In this document: in pieces, positions 53,356 to 62,465 of the stretch
Position numbering within the stretch: the stretch's first letter is position 1
Layout: each line of letters opens with the position of its first letter
Assembly: GCA_964202905.1 (NCBI GenBank)
Contig: CAXNJO010000003.1
Span: forward strand, 704,001-768,000
DNA: 64,000 bases
Reading direction: 5' to 3'
Source: Polyangiales bacterium
GTDB lineage: Bacteria; Myxococcota_A; Polyangia; Polyangiales; JADJQN01
Made by a program: the position numbers and the translations under genes
Notes under the pieces: generated by a model
The model's input: only the letters and a program-made list of their open reading frames with translations
Databases searched by the model: none
Told to the model about the DNA's origin: nothing

Positions 53356-53958
53356 CTACATCGACGCGAGCAGCGCCTTGTCGGCGACTTCGTCGAGCGG
53401 GGCTTGCGGCGACAAGCCGGAGGTGTCGAGCACCACCTGCACGCCGAAGCGCTCGGTCATCGAGATGACGACGGGCGCGAGCAGGTTCGCGCTCGGCGGG
53501 CCGCCATCGCCCGGGATGACGAGCACGACCGCCACGACCGCGGACTCGAGCGGGATGCCCGACGCGGCGCACGCGGCCTCGAGCGGATAATCGGGGAACC
53601 ACGTCGCCGCGTCCGCGACGACGAAGCGGATGGCCGGGTCGTCCTCGGCGACGAGCAGTCGCAGCGAGGGCGCGCCGGGCACCTCGCAAGGGAAGAAACG
53701 CGTGTAGACGCGGAGGCCGAGGAAGCCGCCGCGAATCTCGAGCACTTCTTCGCCGGACGGCACGGACAGGGCCAGGGATTGCAGCGCGCGGCGGTTCTCC
53801 GCTTCGATGCGCTCCACCACCTCGCCGCGATGGATCGAGACCGTGCGCGGCGCCGTGACGCCGACGCGCACACGCCCGCCCCCGACGTCGAGGATGGTGA
53901 CCTCGATGTCACCGCCGATCACGATGCGCTCGCCTGCGCGGCGCGTGAAGGTGAGCAT
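53356..53958 (-). CDS. csrA-fliW: CsrA-FliW fusion protein
   Basis: aa 1-60 MLTFTRRAGERIVIGGDIEVTIL...VRVGVTAP..V.IHRGEV...I..EN (CsrA); remainder GFLG...F...D.P...F.V.D...FPDY...ANLLAPVVI...Q.VL (FliW). Confidence 0.85.
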   Translation of the reverse strand: MLTFTRRAGERIVIGGDIEVTILDVGGGRVRVGVTAPRTVSIHRGEVVERIEAENRRALQSLALSVPSGEEVLEIRGGFLGLRVYTRFFPCEVPGAPSLRLLVAEDDPAIRFVVADAATWFPDYPLEAACAASGIPLESAVVAVVLVIPGDGGPPSANLLAPVVISMTERFGVQVVLDTSGLSPQAPLDEVADKALLASM

Positions 53959-54842
53959 CAGCGACCGCCGCCGACGAGCCCCGGGAAGGGCAGGCGCGAC
54001 GCCACGGCGACCGCCGCCTCGAGCGCGCGCTCGGCGTTCAACAGCTCGGAGTATGCGCGGTACGGGTCAACCTCGACCTGCTCCGCGCGCGACGCGGCGC
54101 TGCGATCCTTCACGAGCTCCGCCGTCGACAGGGTCACCTCGAAGCCGCGGATCTGCCCGCCGAGCTCGACGCGCGAGCCGTTGACCTGCTGGGCCGACGC
54201 GTCGAGGCCGGCGATGGTCGCGCGCACGGCGTCCGGGTCGTTGGCGTCGAGCGCCGTCGCGAGCTGCTCGAGCGTCGCGAGGACGTCCGTCCCGGTGCCG
54301 GCGCCGAACGTCGTCGCGCCGGACACGCTCATGCTCAGCCGGAGGTAGGGCGCGACCTCGGCCTCCTTCACCTGACCGTCGCCGCTGTAGGCACCCGTCA
54401 CCGCGTCGAAGGGCGGCGCGCCGTCGCGGTAACCACCGAACACATACGTCCCATCGACCTCGCGGTTCGCGGCGTTGACGATCTCGAGACGCAGCTCCCG
54501 CGCAGCCGCAGCCGCGAAGGTGCGCTCGTTCGCCGTGTACGTGCCGTTCGCCATCTGCACGGCGAGCTCGCGGGCGCGGGCGAGCGCCTCGCCGGTCTCG
54601 GCGAGGGCCTGGTCGGCACCGATGGCGACCGACATCGCGTATTCCGAGGTGCGCGCGCTGGCGGTCGCCGTGGCCTCGCGCGCCGTGTCGCGGCGGCCGA
54701 GGGCGAACGCGACCGGGTCGTCCGAGGGTTTCTGGACACGCAGCCCGCTCGACGCGATGGACGTCGCGGCGGACGAGCGCTCGCGCGCGTTCGCGATCGC
54801 GCGCTGCCCCAGCTCGTGGACCATACCGTCGGATACACGCAC
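53958..54842 (-). CDS. flgL: hook-associated protein 3
   Basis: SSGLRVQKPSDDP, ANGTY, YVFGG...PF; follows flgK. Confidence 0.9.
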   Translation of the reverse strand: MRVSDGMVHELGQRAIANARERSSAATSIASSGLRVQKPSDDPVAFALGRRDTAREATATASARTSEYAMSVAIGADQALAETGEALARARELAVQMANGTYTANERTFAAAAARELRLEIVNAANREVDGTYVFGGYRDGAPPFDAVTGAYSGDGQVKEAEVAPYLRLSMSVSGATTFGAGTGTDVLATLEQLATALDANDPDAVRATIAGLDASAQQVNGSRVELGGQIRGFEVTLSTAELVKDRSAASRAEQVEVDPYRAYSELLNAERALEAAVAVASRLPFPGLVGGGR

Positions 54843-54844
54843 GG

Positions 54845-56230
54845 CTACCTCCTGAGGGCGAGTAGGCTGCTGAGCATCTCATCCGCGACGCGGACGACCT
54901 CGAGCGATCCTTGGTAAGCGCGCTGGTAGCGGGTCAGGTTCATCATCTCTTCGTCGAGCGTCACACCGGAGATCGAGGACCGCAGCGCTTCGATCTGGAC
55001 CTTCGCGTCGTCAGTGTACGCGCGATCGCGGATGGCTGTCCGCACCAAAGTTCCCACCTCCGCGCCCGCGTCGGAGAAGGCGTCGTTCGCGGTGCGCGTT
55101 CCGCCCGAGGCGAACGCGGTCGACGCGAGGGCCTGCAGCGCGAGGGCGTTGCGGTTGTCACCGGGCAGCGAGGTGACGTCCGTCGCGGCCGCGAGGCGCC
55201 GCGGCTGGCCGGCGATGCTGGCCGAGAGCGTGATGTTCCCGGCCGCGCCTGCGGATGTGGCGGGCACGTCGAAGAGGTCGTTGCCGGTGCCGCCGTCGAG
55301 GTCGAAGCCCGTGGACTGCACGGCGTTGTAGGCGGTCGCGACGTCGAAGGCGAGCTGGTCGAGGCGCTGGGCCGCCGTGGTGATCGCGCCGTCGCGGGCG
55401 GCGACGAGGCCGGCGATGGTGCCGCCTTCCGCGTAGCTCGTGACGTCGACGGGCGCGCCGGCCTGGATGGCCGTGACGCGCATGTCCCCCGAGCCGGGGG
55501 CCAGCGAGGCCGTGAGCAGGTGCGCCTGACCGTCGCGCGAGACGAGTTCCGTCCGGCCGCCGAGCAGCACCGTGAGCTGGCCGTCGTCCTGCGCGATCGT
55601 GGTGATCGTGATCTGGGAGGCGACCTCGCGGACGAACTGATCGCGGCGGTCACGCAGGTCGCCCGCCTCGCGGCCGTCGACCTCGGCCTTCGAGATCTCG
55701 GTGCCGAGCTGCGCGATCTGAATCAACCGCTCGTTGATCGTGCCGACCTCGTCGGCGAGCTTGCCGTTCGCGTCCGCGCGGGCCTCGGAGACGCGCGCGG
55801 AGGCCTCGTTGAAAGCGCGGGCGAGCCCATCGGCCGTCGAGAGCGCCGCCACGCGGGGGGCGTACTCGCCGGGCCGCGACGCGACCTCGGCGATCGCGGC
55901 CTGGAACGCGTCGAGCTGGACGCCGAGCCCGGAGTCGCCGAACACCTCGTCGACCGTCGTGAGCGCCTGGGCGCGGGCCGCCGCCTCGCCCGCGCTCGCG
56001 CGGACCCCGAGGAGGCGCTTCTCGACGAACGCGTCGACCACACGGTGATAGCCGACAGCGCGCGCGCCGTTGCCACCCGCTGGCGCCGGGCCGAGCGGCG
56101 TGAGCATCGCGATGCGGCGGGTGTAGCCCTCCGTCGCGACGTTGGACGCCCCCTGCGACGCGACGTTGGCGCCGAACGTGCCGGCCGCCATCCCGTTGGC
56201 GCCGACGTTCAGGAGGCTCATGACAGTCAC
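54845..56230 (-). CDS. flgK: hook-associated protein 1
   Basis: SNVATEGYTR, DLRDRRD, GDNRNA, SGVTLDEEM.NL..YQRAY. Confidence 0.93.
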   Translation of the reverse strand: MTVMSLLNVGANGMAAGTFGANVASQGASNVATEGYTRRIAMLTPLGPAPAGGNGARAVGYHRVVDAFVEKRLLGVRASAGEAAARAQALTTVDEVFGDSGLGVQLDAFQAAIAEVASRPGEYAPRVAALSTADGLARAFNEASARVSEARADANGKLADEVGTINERLIQIAQLGTEISKAEVDGREAGDLRDRRDQFVREVASQITITTIAQDDGQLTVLLGGRTELVSRDGQAHLLTASLAPGSGDMRVTAIQAGAPVDVTSYAEGGTIAGLVAARDGAITTAAQRLDQLAFDVATAYNAVQSTGFDLDGGTGNDLFDVPATSAGAAGNITLSASIAGQPRRLAAATDVTSLPGDNRNALALQALASTAFASGGTRTANDAFSDAGAEVGTLVRTAIRDRAYTDDAKVQIEALRSSISGVTLDEEMMNLTRYQRAYQGSLEVVRVADEMLSSLLALRR

Positions 56231-56589
56231 AGCGCCCCCCGCCTCCGCGGCGCGATCGACGGAGCACGGCGGCCCGCGGGGCTGTACATCGGCTCTTCGT
56301 CACCCACCAGCGAGCGGAGGCAAGAGACCAGGTGGCGGAGCAACATCAGGTTCTCCCGCGCGACATCCGCGAGTCGCCCGGCATTCGGGGGAAACACGCC
56401 AGCATGCTCGCCGAGCACCGCGTCCACCGCGCGCTGCTTTTCCGCTTGGATCGCGAGGAGCCGGTCGACGTCGGCCGAGAGGGCCGCGGCGCGCTCGGCG
56501 TCGAGCAACTCGGCGAGGCGCGCGACGGCATCCGGCGGCTCCACGGCGGCGAGCGGTGCTGTCCCGAAATCGATGGCGGCGGCGAGCAT
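56227..56589 (-). CDS. flgN: FlgN-like export chaperone
   Basis: between flgM and flgK; L..E..AL, K, N..LL and C-terminal Y...G pattern. Confidence 0.6.
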   Translation of the reverse strand: MLAAAIDFGTAPLAAVEPPDAVARLAELLDAERAAALSADVDRLLAIQAEKQRAVDAVLGEHAGVFPPNAGRLADVARENLMLLRHLVSCLRSLVGDEEPMYSPAGRRAPSIAPRRRGAL

Positions 56590-56591
56590 GG

Positions 56592-56846
56592 TCAGGTCTC
56601 CTCTCGCAACATCGCGTCGGCGATGCGGTCCAGGTCGATCTTGAAGGTGCCCTTCTCGAAGGACTCCCGGAGGCGCGCGACCTTCTGGGAGTCGACGGAC
56701 TCAGGAGCCCGCGCATCCGCGAGCGCTTGGGCCTGACCGGAGATGCGGACCCGCTCCGCCGACGTCGTCGTGCGGGCGTCCTCGCTCTTGAGCGTGCCCC
56801 GGGGCTCGTAGGTGGCGGTGGTGCGTGACGGGCCGTTGACCTTCAT
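56592..56846 (-). CDS. flgM: anti-sigma28 factor
   Basis: V.IS...KVARLR.....G.F.ID..RIAD.M; AGGAG SD. Confidence 0.88.
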   Translation of the reverse strand: MKVNGPSRTTATYEPRGTLKSEDARTTTSAERVRISGQAQALADARAPESVDSQKVARLRESFEKGTFKIDLDRIADAMLREET

Positions 56847-56864
56847 GGCGTCTCCTGATGGGTA

Positions 56865-56892
56865 ACTTCGGACGTTGGTGATCGAAACTTGA
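56865..56892 (-). promoter_or_regulatory. sigma28-type promoter of flgM
   Basis: TCAAG-N15-TCCGAAGT on the minus strand, preceded by an A-tract. Confidence 0.7.
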
Positions 56893-56912
56893 GCGGTTTT
56901 TTTGGTTTTGTG

Positions 56913-58061
56913 TCAACGGTGATCCTGCACGCTCGGGCGTGCATGCCGGCTGGTCGGCGTCTCGGGGCCCTCGCCCTCGGTCGGGCGCCTCAACTCGAGG
57001 ACCTCGATCTGGGACAGCCCGTTCCGCGCTCCCCGCTCGGCGTGGCCCGCGCGGGTCCAGACACGGCCCTCGAGGCGCTGCGCGCCACGTGCGCGCGCCT
57101 CCCAGCCATCGAACACGACGCGCTCGACCTGGCCTTCCGCGTCGTAATCGACCGCGTGGATGCGCTCGACGACCGCCATGTGCCCGGCGTGACCCGCCGA
57201 GCCGCTGCCCGCGAGCACGAAGGCGCGCTGCCCCCGCTCCCCCGCGGCGACGAGCGGCGACTCGCCCTCGCCCGTCACGATGCGCGCCCAGTCCTGCTGC
57301 ATGCGCCCGTCGGATGCATCACGAACGACACCATCCGGGTTCGGATAGCCCCAGCCGTGCTGGCGGGCCTGGAGGGGGACGGCGTACCCCGCGCGCCGCG
57401 CCGCCTCGAGCGCGAAGAGGTTGCACTTGTAGTGGCCCTCGAAGCCGTTCGCGTCCTCGACGTTGAAGGCCGCGACGCCACCATCCGGCGTCGGCGTGGC
57501 GAAGTCGCTCGCGAGATCCGCCCGGGTCAGCGCGCCATCGCGCGCCCAGTGCTGCGCGGCCTCGCCCGCGCTCATGCGCGCCGCGGCGCCGGCCAGCGCG
57601 CCGGCGGCCCCCGGGATACCGGGGTGCGCGGCGCCCGAGGCGTGGAGGGCGGCGAGCCGCCCGGCCAACGGGTCCTGCGCGAGGGGCGCGAGGCCTCCGC
57701 CGCGGCCGGGCGTGACGAGCGGCTCGCCCCCGAGTTGCGCGGGGTCGGCGCCGAGCGACGGCCCGATGACGCGCGCGAGACCGATGCCGCCCCCGTCCGC
57801 GAGGCGCTCGGCGAGCACCTCGTCGAACATCGAGAGGTACTGCTGCGACGCGCCGGACACCTCGGCGCCGCCGGACTGCGCGGTCTTGCGCAGGACCTGG
57901 ATCATCTGCTGGAGCAGCACGCTCTCGAAGCGGCGCGCGGCCTTGGCCGCCTGATCGGGGCCACCGGGGCCGGTGCGCGCCCGCTGCGCCGCGAGCTCGG
58001 CGGCGCGCGTCGGACCATCGATCGTGGCGTCCTGACCGGTGCGCGGGATCACGGCGACCAT
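56913..58061 (-). CDS. flgJ: FlgJ rod-capping protein with non-canonical C-terminal domain
   Basis: AARRFESVLLQQM...LRKT...Y.SMFD..LA......GIGLA; located between flgI and flgM. Confidence 0.8.
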   Translation of the reverse strand: MVAVIPRTGQDATIDGPTRAAELAAQRARTGPGGPDQAAKAARRFESVLLQQMIQVLRKTAQSGGAEVSGASQQYLSMFDEVLAERLADGGGIGLARVIGPSLGADPAQLGGEPLVTPGRGGGLAPLAQDPLAGRLAALHASGAAHPGIPGAAGALAGAAARMSAGEAAQHWARDGALTRADLASDFATPTPDGGVAAFNVEDANGFEGHYKCNLFALEAARRAGYAVPLQARQHGWGYPNPDGVVRDASDGRMQQDWARIVTGEGESPLVAAGERGQRAFVLAGSGSAGHAGHMAVVERIHAVDYDAEGQVERVVFDGWEARARGAQRLEGRVWTRAGHAERGARNGLSQIEVLELRRPTEGEGPETPTSRHARPSVQDHR

Positions 58062-58113
58062 GGGCGGAGTCCTCCTCGTCCGGCGGGGCGGCCGGGCATG
58101 CGGACCGACAACG

Positions 58114-59250
58114 TCACTGGGACTCGATGCGGGCGCGGAGCGCGCCCGCCGTGTGGAGGGCTTGCAGGATCGGCACGAGGTCGCGGGGCCGCGCGCCGAG
58201 GGCGTTGAGCGCGGCGACGACCTCGCGCAGCGACGCCGCGTTCGGCACGAGGGCGACGGCGCCGCCCTCCGACCGCGCCGTGACCTGCGACTGCTCGACC
58301 GTGGTGGTCGTCCCCGCGGCGAGCGGCGCTGGCTGCGAGACGGTCTGCTGCTCGACGATCTCGACGGTGAGGTTGCCGTGGGCGACGGCCGCCTCCGTGA
58401 TCCGCACCCCCGCGCCGAGCACCACCGTGCCCGTCCGCTCGTCGACCACGACGCGCGCGACCGAATCTGCCTCGACCTCGAGCAGCGAGAGCTGCGCGAC
58501 GAGCGCCACCGGGCGCGTGCGGAACGCCTCGGGCACCGTGACCTTCACGAGCGCGTGGTCGACCGCCTCCGCGCTCCCCTCTCCGAGCGAGGCGACGATC
58601 GCCTGCGCGATGCGCTCGGCCGTGACGAACGAGGGCTCGCGGAGCTGCAGAAAGATGCCGTTTGCGCCGAGCGCGGGCGACTCGACCGGGCGCTCGACGA
58701 TGGCGCCGTCGGGCACGCGGCCCGAGGTCGGGTGGTTCTGCTGGACGCGGGAGCCGCTGTTCCCCGAGGCCGCGAACCCGCCGACGAGCACGGGCCCCTG
58801 CGCGACGGCGTAGACGCGGCGGTCCGCGCCGTAGAGCGGCGTTTGCAGGAGCACGCCGCCGAGCAGGCTCTTCGCGTTGCCGAGCGACGCGACCGTGACG
58901 TCGACCCGCACGCCGGCGCTCGCGGACGACGGGATCGTCGCCGTCACCATCACGGCAGCGGCGTTGCGCATCTGGATGTTCTGGATGGTCTCGATGTCGA
59001 CCGTCGCGCCGAGGCGGCGGAGCATCGCGGCGGTGCTCTGCACGGTGAAGCGATCCGGACCACGGTCGCCGCTCTGGTTCAGGCCGACGACGAGGCCGTA
59101 GCCGACGAGCTGGTTGGGACGCACGCCGCCGACGTCGCAGAGGTCCTCGATGCGGGTCGCGCGGGCGCGGGGGACCGGGCCGAGCGACGCGAGCGCGAGG
59201 AACGCGAGCGTGGGAACGAGGCGGAGGACGGCCGTGCGTGTGCGTGACAT
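58114..59250 (-). CDS. flgI: flagellar P-ring protein
   Basis: GVRPNQLVGYGLVVGL, NAAAVMVTA, SL.GG.LLQTPL, ERTGTVV, LQAL..AGAL. Confidence 0.96.
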   Translation of the reverse strand: MSRTRTAVLRLVPTLAFLALASLGPVPRARATRIEDLCDVGGVRPNQLVGYGLVVGLNQSGDRGPDRFTVQSTAAMLRRLGATVDIETIQNIQMRNAAAVMVTATIPSSASAGVRVDVTVASLGNAKSLLGGVLLQTPLYGADRRVYAVAQGPVLVGGFAASGNSGSRVQQNHPTSGRVPDGAIVERPVESPALGANGIFLQLREPSFVTAERIAQAIVASLGEGSAEAVDHALVKVTVPEAFRTRPVALVAQLSLLEVEADSVARVVVDERTGTVVLGAGVRITEAAVAHGNLTVEIVEQQTVSQPAPLAAGTTTTVEQSQVTARSEGGAVALVPNAASLREVVAALNALGARPRDLVPILQALHTAGALRARIESQ

Positions 59251-59260
59251 GGGCGGTTCC

Positions 59261-59980
59261 TCAGAAGGGGTTGATCGCGTCGAGCAGCTTCACGAGCCAG
59301 CCGCGGTCCTGGTTGTCGGTGAGCGCGCCGCGCCCCGTCAGCTCGATCTCCGCGTCGGCCACCAAGCTCGAGCGCACGGAGTTGTCCGGCTCGATGTCCT
59401 CGGGGCGGATCACGCCGGAGATGTAGATGTGGAGCTCCTCGTCGTTGACGAGCACGACCTTGGTTCCCTCGACGAAGAGGTCGCCATTCGGCAGGCCCTG
59501 CTTCACGCGGACGGCGATGGCGGCGCGCACGCGGCTCTCGCGCGTGGTCTCGCCGCGCCCGTCGAAGTTGCGCTGGCTCATCAGCGAGACGAGCTCGTCG
59601 GGGTTGATGTCGGGGTAGGCGCGCTGGAGCGCGGTGCCGAGGCCGAGCATGTCGCCGCCGAACGTCATCGAGGAGTCGCGCTCGAGGCGCGTGCTCGCGT
59701 CGCCGCTCGCGTTCGCCGTCTCGTCGATCCGGATGGTGACGATGTCGCCGACGCGGTTCGCGCGGAAGTCCGCGAAGAGCCCGCGCCCCGAGTCCGGCCA
59801 GAGCGAGCCGCGGCTCGTCGCGCGCGGCGCGGTCGCGTACGCGTCGGCGTCGTAGACGCGCGTGCGCGGGACGCGCGGCGCGACGTGGCGGACGCCGCCG
59901 CACGAGGCGAGCAGCGGCGGGAGCAGGAGCGCAGCGGCGATCGCGTGCGCGCGGCGGCCCGCGGAACGGGGCGCGGTCAT
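59261..59980 (-). CDS. flgH: flagellar L-ring lipoprotein
   Basis: LASC lipobox, LF.D.RA..VGDIVT, LPNGDL, SGVIRPEDI, GWL. Confidence 0.94.
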   Translation of the reverse strand: MTAPRSAGRRAHAIAAALLLPPLLASCGGVRHVAPRVPRTRVYDADAYATAPRATSRGSLWPDSGRGLFADFRANRVGDIVTIRIDETANASGDASTRLERDSSMTFGGDMLGLGTALQRAYPDINPDELVSLMSQRNFDGRGETTRESRVRAAIAVRVKQGLPNGDLFVEGTKVVLVNDEELHIYISGVIRPEDIEPDNSVRSSLVADAEIELTGRGALTDNQDRGWLVKLLDAINPF

Positions 59981-60759
59981 GGGCTCACCTCGACGGTGTG
60001 GGCATCGACGACGCGCCCGCGGAGCTGCGAGCGTGTGTCGAGGTTGGTGACGCGGACCTCGTCGCCCGGTCGTCCAGGTTGGCCGACGATCCCGGGCGCC
60101 GACGCGCGCACCGCGCCGATCGCGACGACGATGCGCACGCGCGCCCCCGCCGTGACGACGGGCGCCGGACACGCGACGCGCGCGCTCGCGAGCACACGCT
60201 GTTCGCGACCCGCGACGCGCACGAGCAGGGGCGCTGCGACGCGGCCACTCGCCCGCGGCGCCTCGGCCTCCACGGAGACCGTCGGCGTGCCGGCGGGCAG
60301 CACGAGCGATGCAGGCAGCTCGAGCGCCTCGACGTCACATGGCGCGAGCGCGGACTCGACGGCGGGGCGCAACAGGCGCTCGACCTCCGCGCGATCGAGC
60401 CGCCGCGCATCGCGGCGCACGCGTGTCGCGCGCGGGATGTCGAGCCCGCGGGCATCGCGGCCCGCGGCGCGGATCGCGCGGCGCACGTCGGAGGCGCGGA
60501 CCACGCGCACCTCGCCGGGCGAAGGCGCAGCGCCGAGGTCGAGGGCGCCGAGCGCCGAGCCCGCGAGCGCCGGGAGCACCTCGGCGAGCGTCACGCGGTC
60601 CGGGGCGTCTTGGGCGGCCGCGCGGGACGCGGCGCCGACGCCCGCCGCGATCAGGGCCGCGGCGAGGAGCGGGGCGACGCGCGCCGCACGTGCGGCGGCG
60701 CGGAGCGCGACCGGCGGGGCAGCGCCGCGGGAGAGCGCCGGGGTGACTTCGTGGGCCAT
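59977..60759 (-). CDS. flgA: P-ring assembly chaperone
   Basis: signal peptide; C-terminal G..GD.VRV.N..S; between flgG and flgH. Confidence 0.75.
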   Translation of the reverse strand: MAHEVTPALSRGAAPPVALRAAARAARVAPLLAAALIAAGVGAASRAAAQDAPDRVTLAEVLPALAGSALGALDLGAAPSPGEVRVVRASDVRRAIRAAGRDARGLDIPRATRVRRDARRLDRAEVERLLRPAVESALAPCDVEALELPASLVLPAGTPTVSVEAEAPRASGRVAAPLLVRVAGREQRVLASARVACPAPVVTAGARVRIVVAIGAVRASAPGIVGQPGRPGDEVRVTNLDTRSQLRGRVVDAHTVEVSP

Positions 60760-60771
60760 CTCCCCGTGATG

Positions 60772-60787
60772 AGCATGCGCCGTGCCA
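60772..60787 (-). promoter_or_regulatory. sigma54-type promoter of flgA-flgH-flgI-flgJ
   Basis: TGGCACGGCGCATGCT on the minus strand, GG-N10-GC spacing. Confidence 0.6.
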
Positions 60788-60883
60788 GATCCACATCCTC
60801 GAAATCACTGGGTTTTTCAGGCATCCCCCGCGCGCCTCCGTCGGAGCCCCGACACGAGCGGCGGAAGCCTGACACCCGTCCGC

Positions 60884-61666
60884 TCAGCGCTCGGTCGCCT
60901 TGCGGAGCATCTCGTCCGCCGCGCTGATGACGCGCTGGTTGATCTCGTAGGCGCGCTGGCTCGCGATGAGGTCGATCATCTCGGTCACGACCTCGACGTT
61001 CGAGCCCTCGATGAAGCCCTGCGCGAGGGTGCCTGTCCCCTCCTCGCCCGGGGCAGCGACGATCGGGTTGCCGCTCGCCGCGGTCTCGAGGAAGAGCGAA
61101 CGCCCGGCCTGCAACAGGCCCGCGGGGTTCGCGAAGGTGGCGAGCTGCAGCTGACCGACCTCGGTCGTCTGTGCGCTCCCGGGCTGCGTGACCGACACGA
61201 CGCCGTCTGGTGCGACGGTGATGCTCGTCGCATCGACGGGGATCTGGATCGACGGCTCGACCGGCAAGCCATCGACGGTGACGAGGCGCCCCTCGGCGTC
61301 GGCCTTGAGGTTGCCAGCGCGCGTGTAGGCGAGCGTCCCGTCCGGGCGCTGCACCTGGAAGAAGCCCTTGCCCTCGATGGCGAGGTCGAGCGGGTTCCCG
61401 CTCTGCGCCATCGTGCCCTGCTCGAAGATCGTCGTGGTCGCGACCGTGCGCGTTCCCTGCCCGATCTGCAGGCCCGTCGGGAGCGTGCCGCCCGCGGCCG
61501 TCTGGCCGCCCGGCTGCCGCATCGTCTGGTAGAGCAGGTCCTGGAACTCGGCGCGGCTGCGCCGGAAGCCGTTGGTGTTGACGTTCGCGACGTTGTTCGC
61601 GACGACGTCGATGTGGAGCTGCTGAGCGGCCATTCCCGTAGCTGCGGTGTTGAGCGCTCGGAGCAT
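60884..61666 (-). CDS. flgG: distal rod protein
   Basis: ANNVANVNTNGF, FQDLLYQ, YTRAG, SNVEVVTEM. Confidence 0.96.
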   Translation of the reverse strand: MLRALNTAATGMAAQQLHIDVVANNVANVNTNGFRRSRAEFQDLLYQTMRQPGGQTAAGGTLPTGLQIGQGTRTVATTTIFEQGTMAQSGNPLDLAIEGKGFFQVQRPDGTLAYTRAGNLKADAEGRLVTVDGLPVEPSIQIPVDATSITVAPDGVVSVTQPGSAQTTEVGQLQLATFANPAGLLQAGRSLFLETAASGNPIVAAPGEEGTGTLAQGFIEGSNVEVVTEMIDLIASQRAYEINQRVISAADEMLRKATER

Positions 61667-61721
61667 GGGTGTCCTCGTGGGGGCTGGGGGTTACTGCAAG
61701 GGGAGAGGAGGAGCCCGCCGA

Positions 61722-62465
61722 TCAGCCGCTGCGGCTGCCGACGTCACGCGCGGTGCGGTTGTCGAGCTCCGAGAACGTGTGGATGACGCGCTGAAAGGCG
61801 TCGAAGAGCCGCGTGACCGAGATGAGTTCGTTGAGACCCGCGACGGCGTTGACGTTCGACTGCTCGAGCGCGCCCTGCACGACGGTGGTGTTCGCAGGCG
61901 GGGCGATCGGCGGGGCGACGGCGCTGAAGCGCGACTCACCCTCCTTGCCGACGGTGGCGGGATCCGCGAAGGAGACGACGCGGATGCGGCCCACGTCGGC
62001 GCCATCCGCGAGGACGGCACCATCACTGCCGATGGTCACGTCACGCACGCCCTCCGGGATGCGGATGCGCTCGTTCGGGCCGCCCTCGGCGATGAGTTCG
62101 AGTCCGTCCGGCGTGCGGAGGATCCCGTCCGCGCCGGGGATGAACGAACCGGTGCGCGTGTAGCGCTCGCCCTGCGGGGTCGCGAGCGCGAAGAAGCCGT
62201 CGCCGCCGAGCGCGAGATCGTAGGGGTTTCCCGTGATCCGATGGGCGCCGGCGGAGGTGTCGATGACGACGCGCTCGGCGACGGCGTAGCGCAGCGACGG
62301 CGGCTGCGCGGTGCGCGCGCCCGCGGTCGCGAGCGCCTCGTCGAAGGCCACGCGGTCCGCGCGGAAGCCGATGGTGTTCGCGTTTGCGACGTTGTTCGCC
62401 GTGACGTCGAGCGCCCGCTGCTGGGCGACCGCGCCGCTCGTCGCGCTGTAGATACCGTGGGACAT
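61722..62465 (-). CDS. flgF: proximal rod protein
   Basis: ANNVANANTIGF, TGNP.DLAL.GDGFF, YTR.G, LEQSNVN; upstream of flgG. Confidence 0.88.
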   Translation of the reverse strand: MSHGIYSATSGAVAQQRALDVTANNVANANTIGFRADRVAFDEALATAGARTAQPPSLRYAVAERVVIDTSAGAHRITGNPYDLALGGDGFFALATPQGERYTRTGSFIPGADGILRTPDGLELIAEGGPNERIRIPEGVRDVTIGSDGAVLADGADVGRIRVVSFADPATVGKEGESRFSAVAPPIAPPANTTVVQGALEQSNVNAVAGLNELISVTRLFDAFQRVIHTFSELDNRTARDVGSRSG

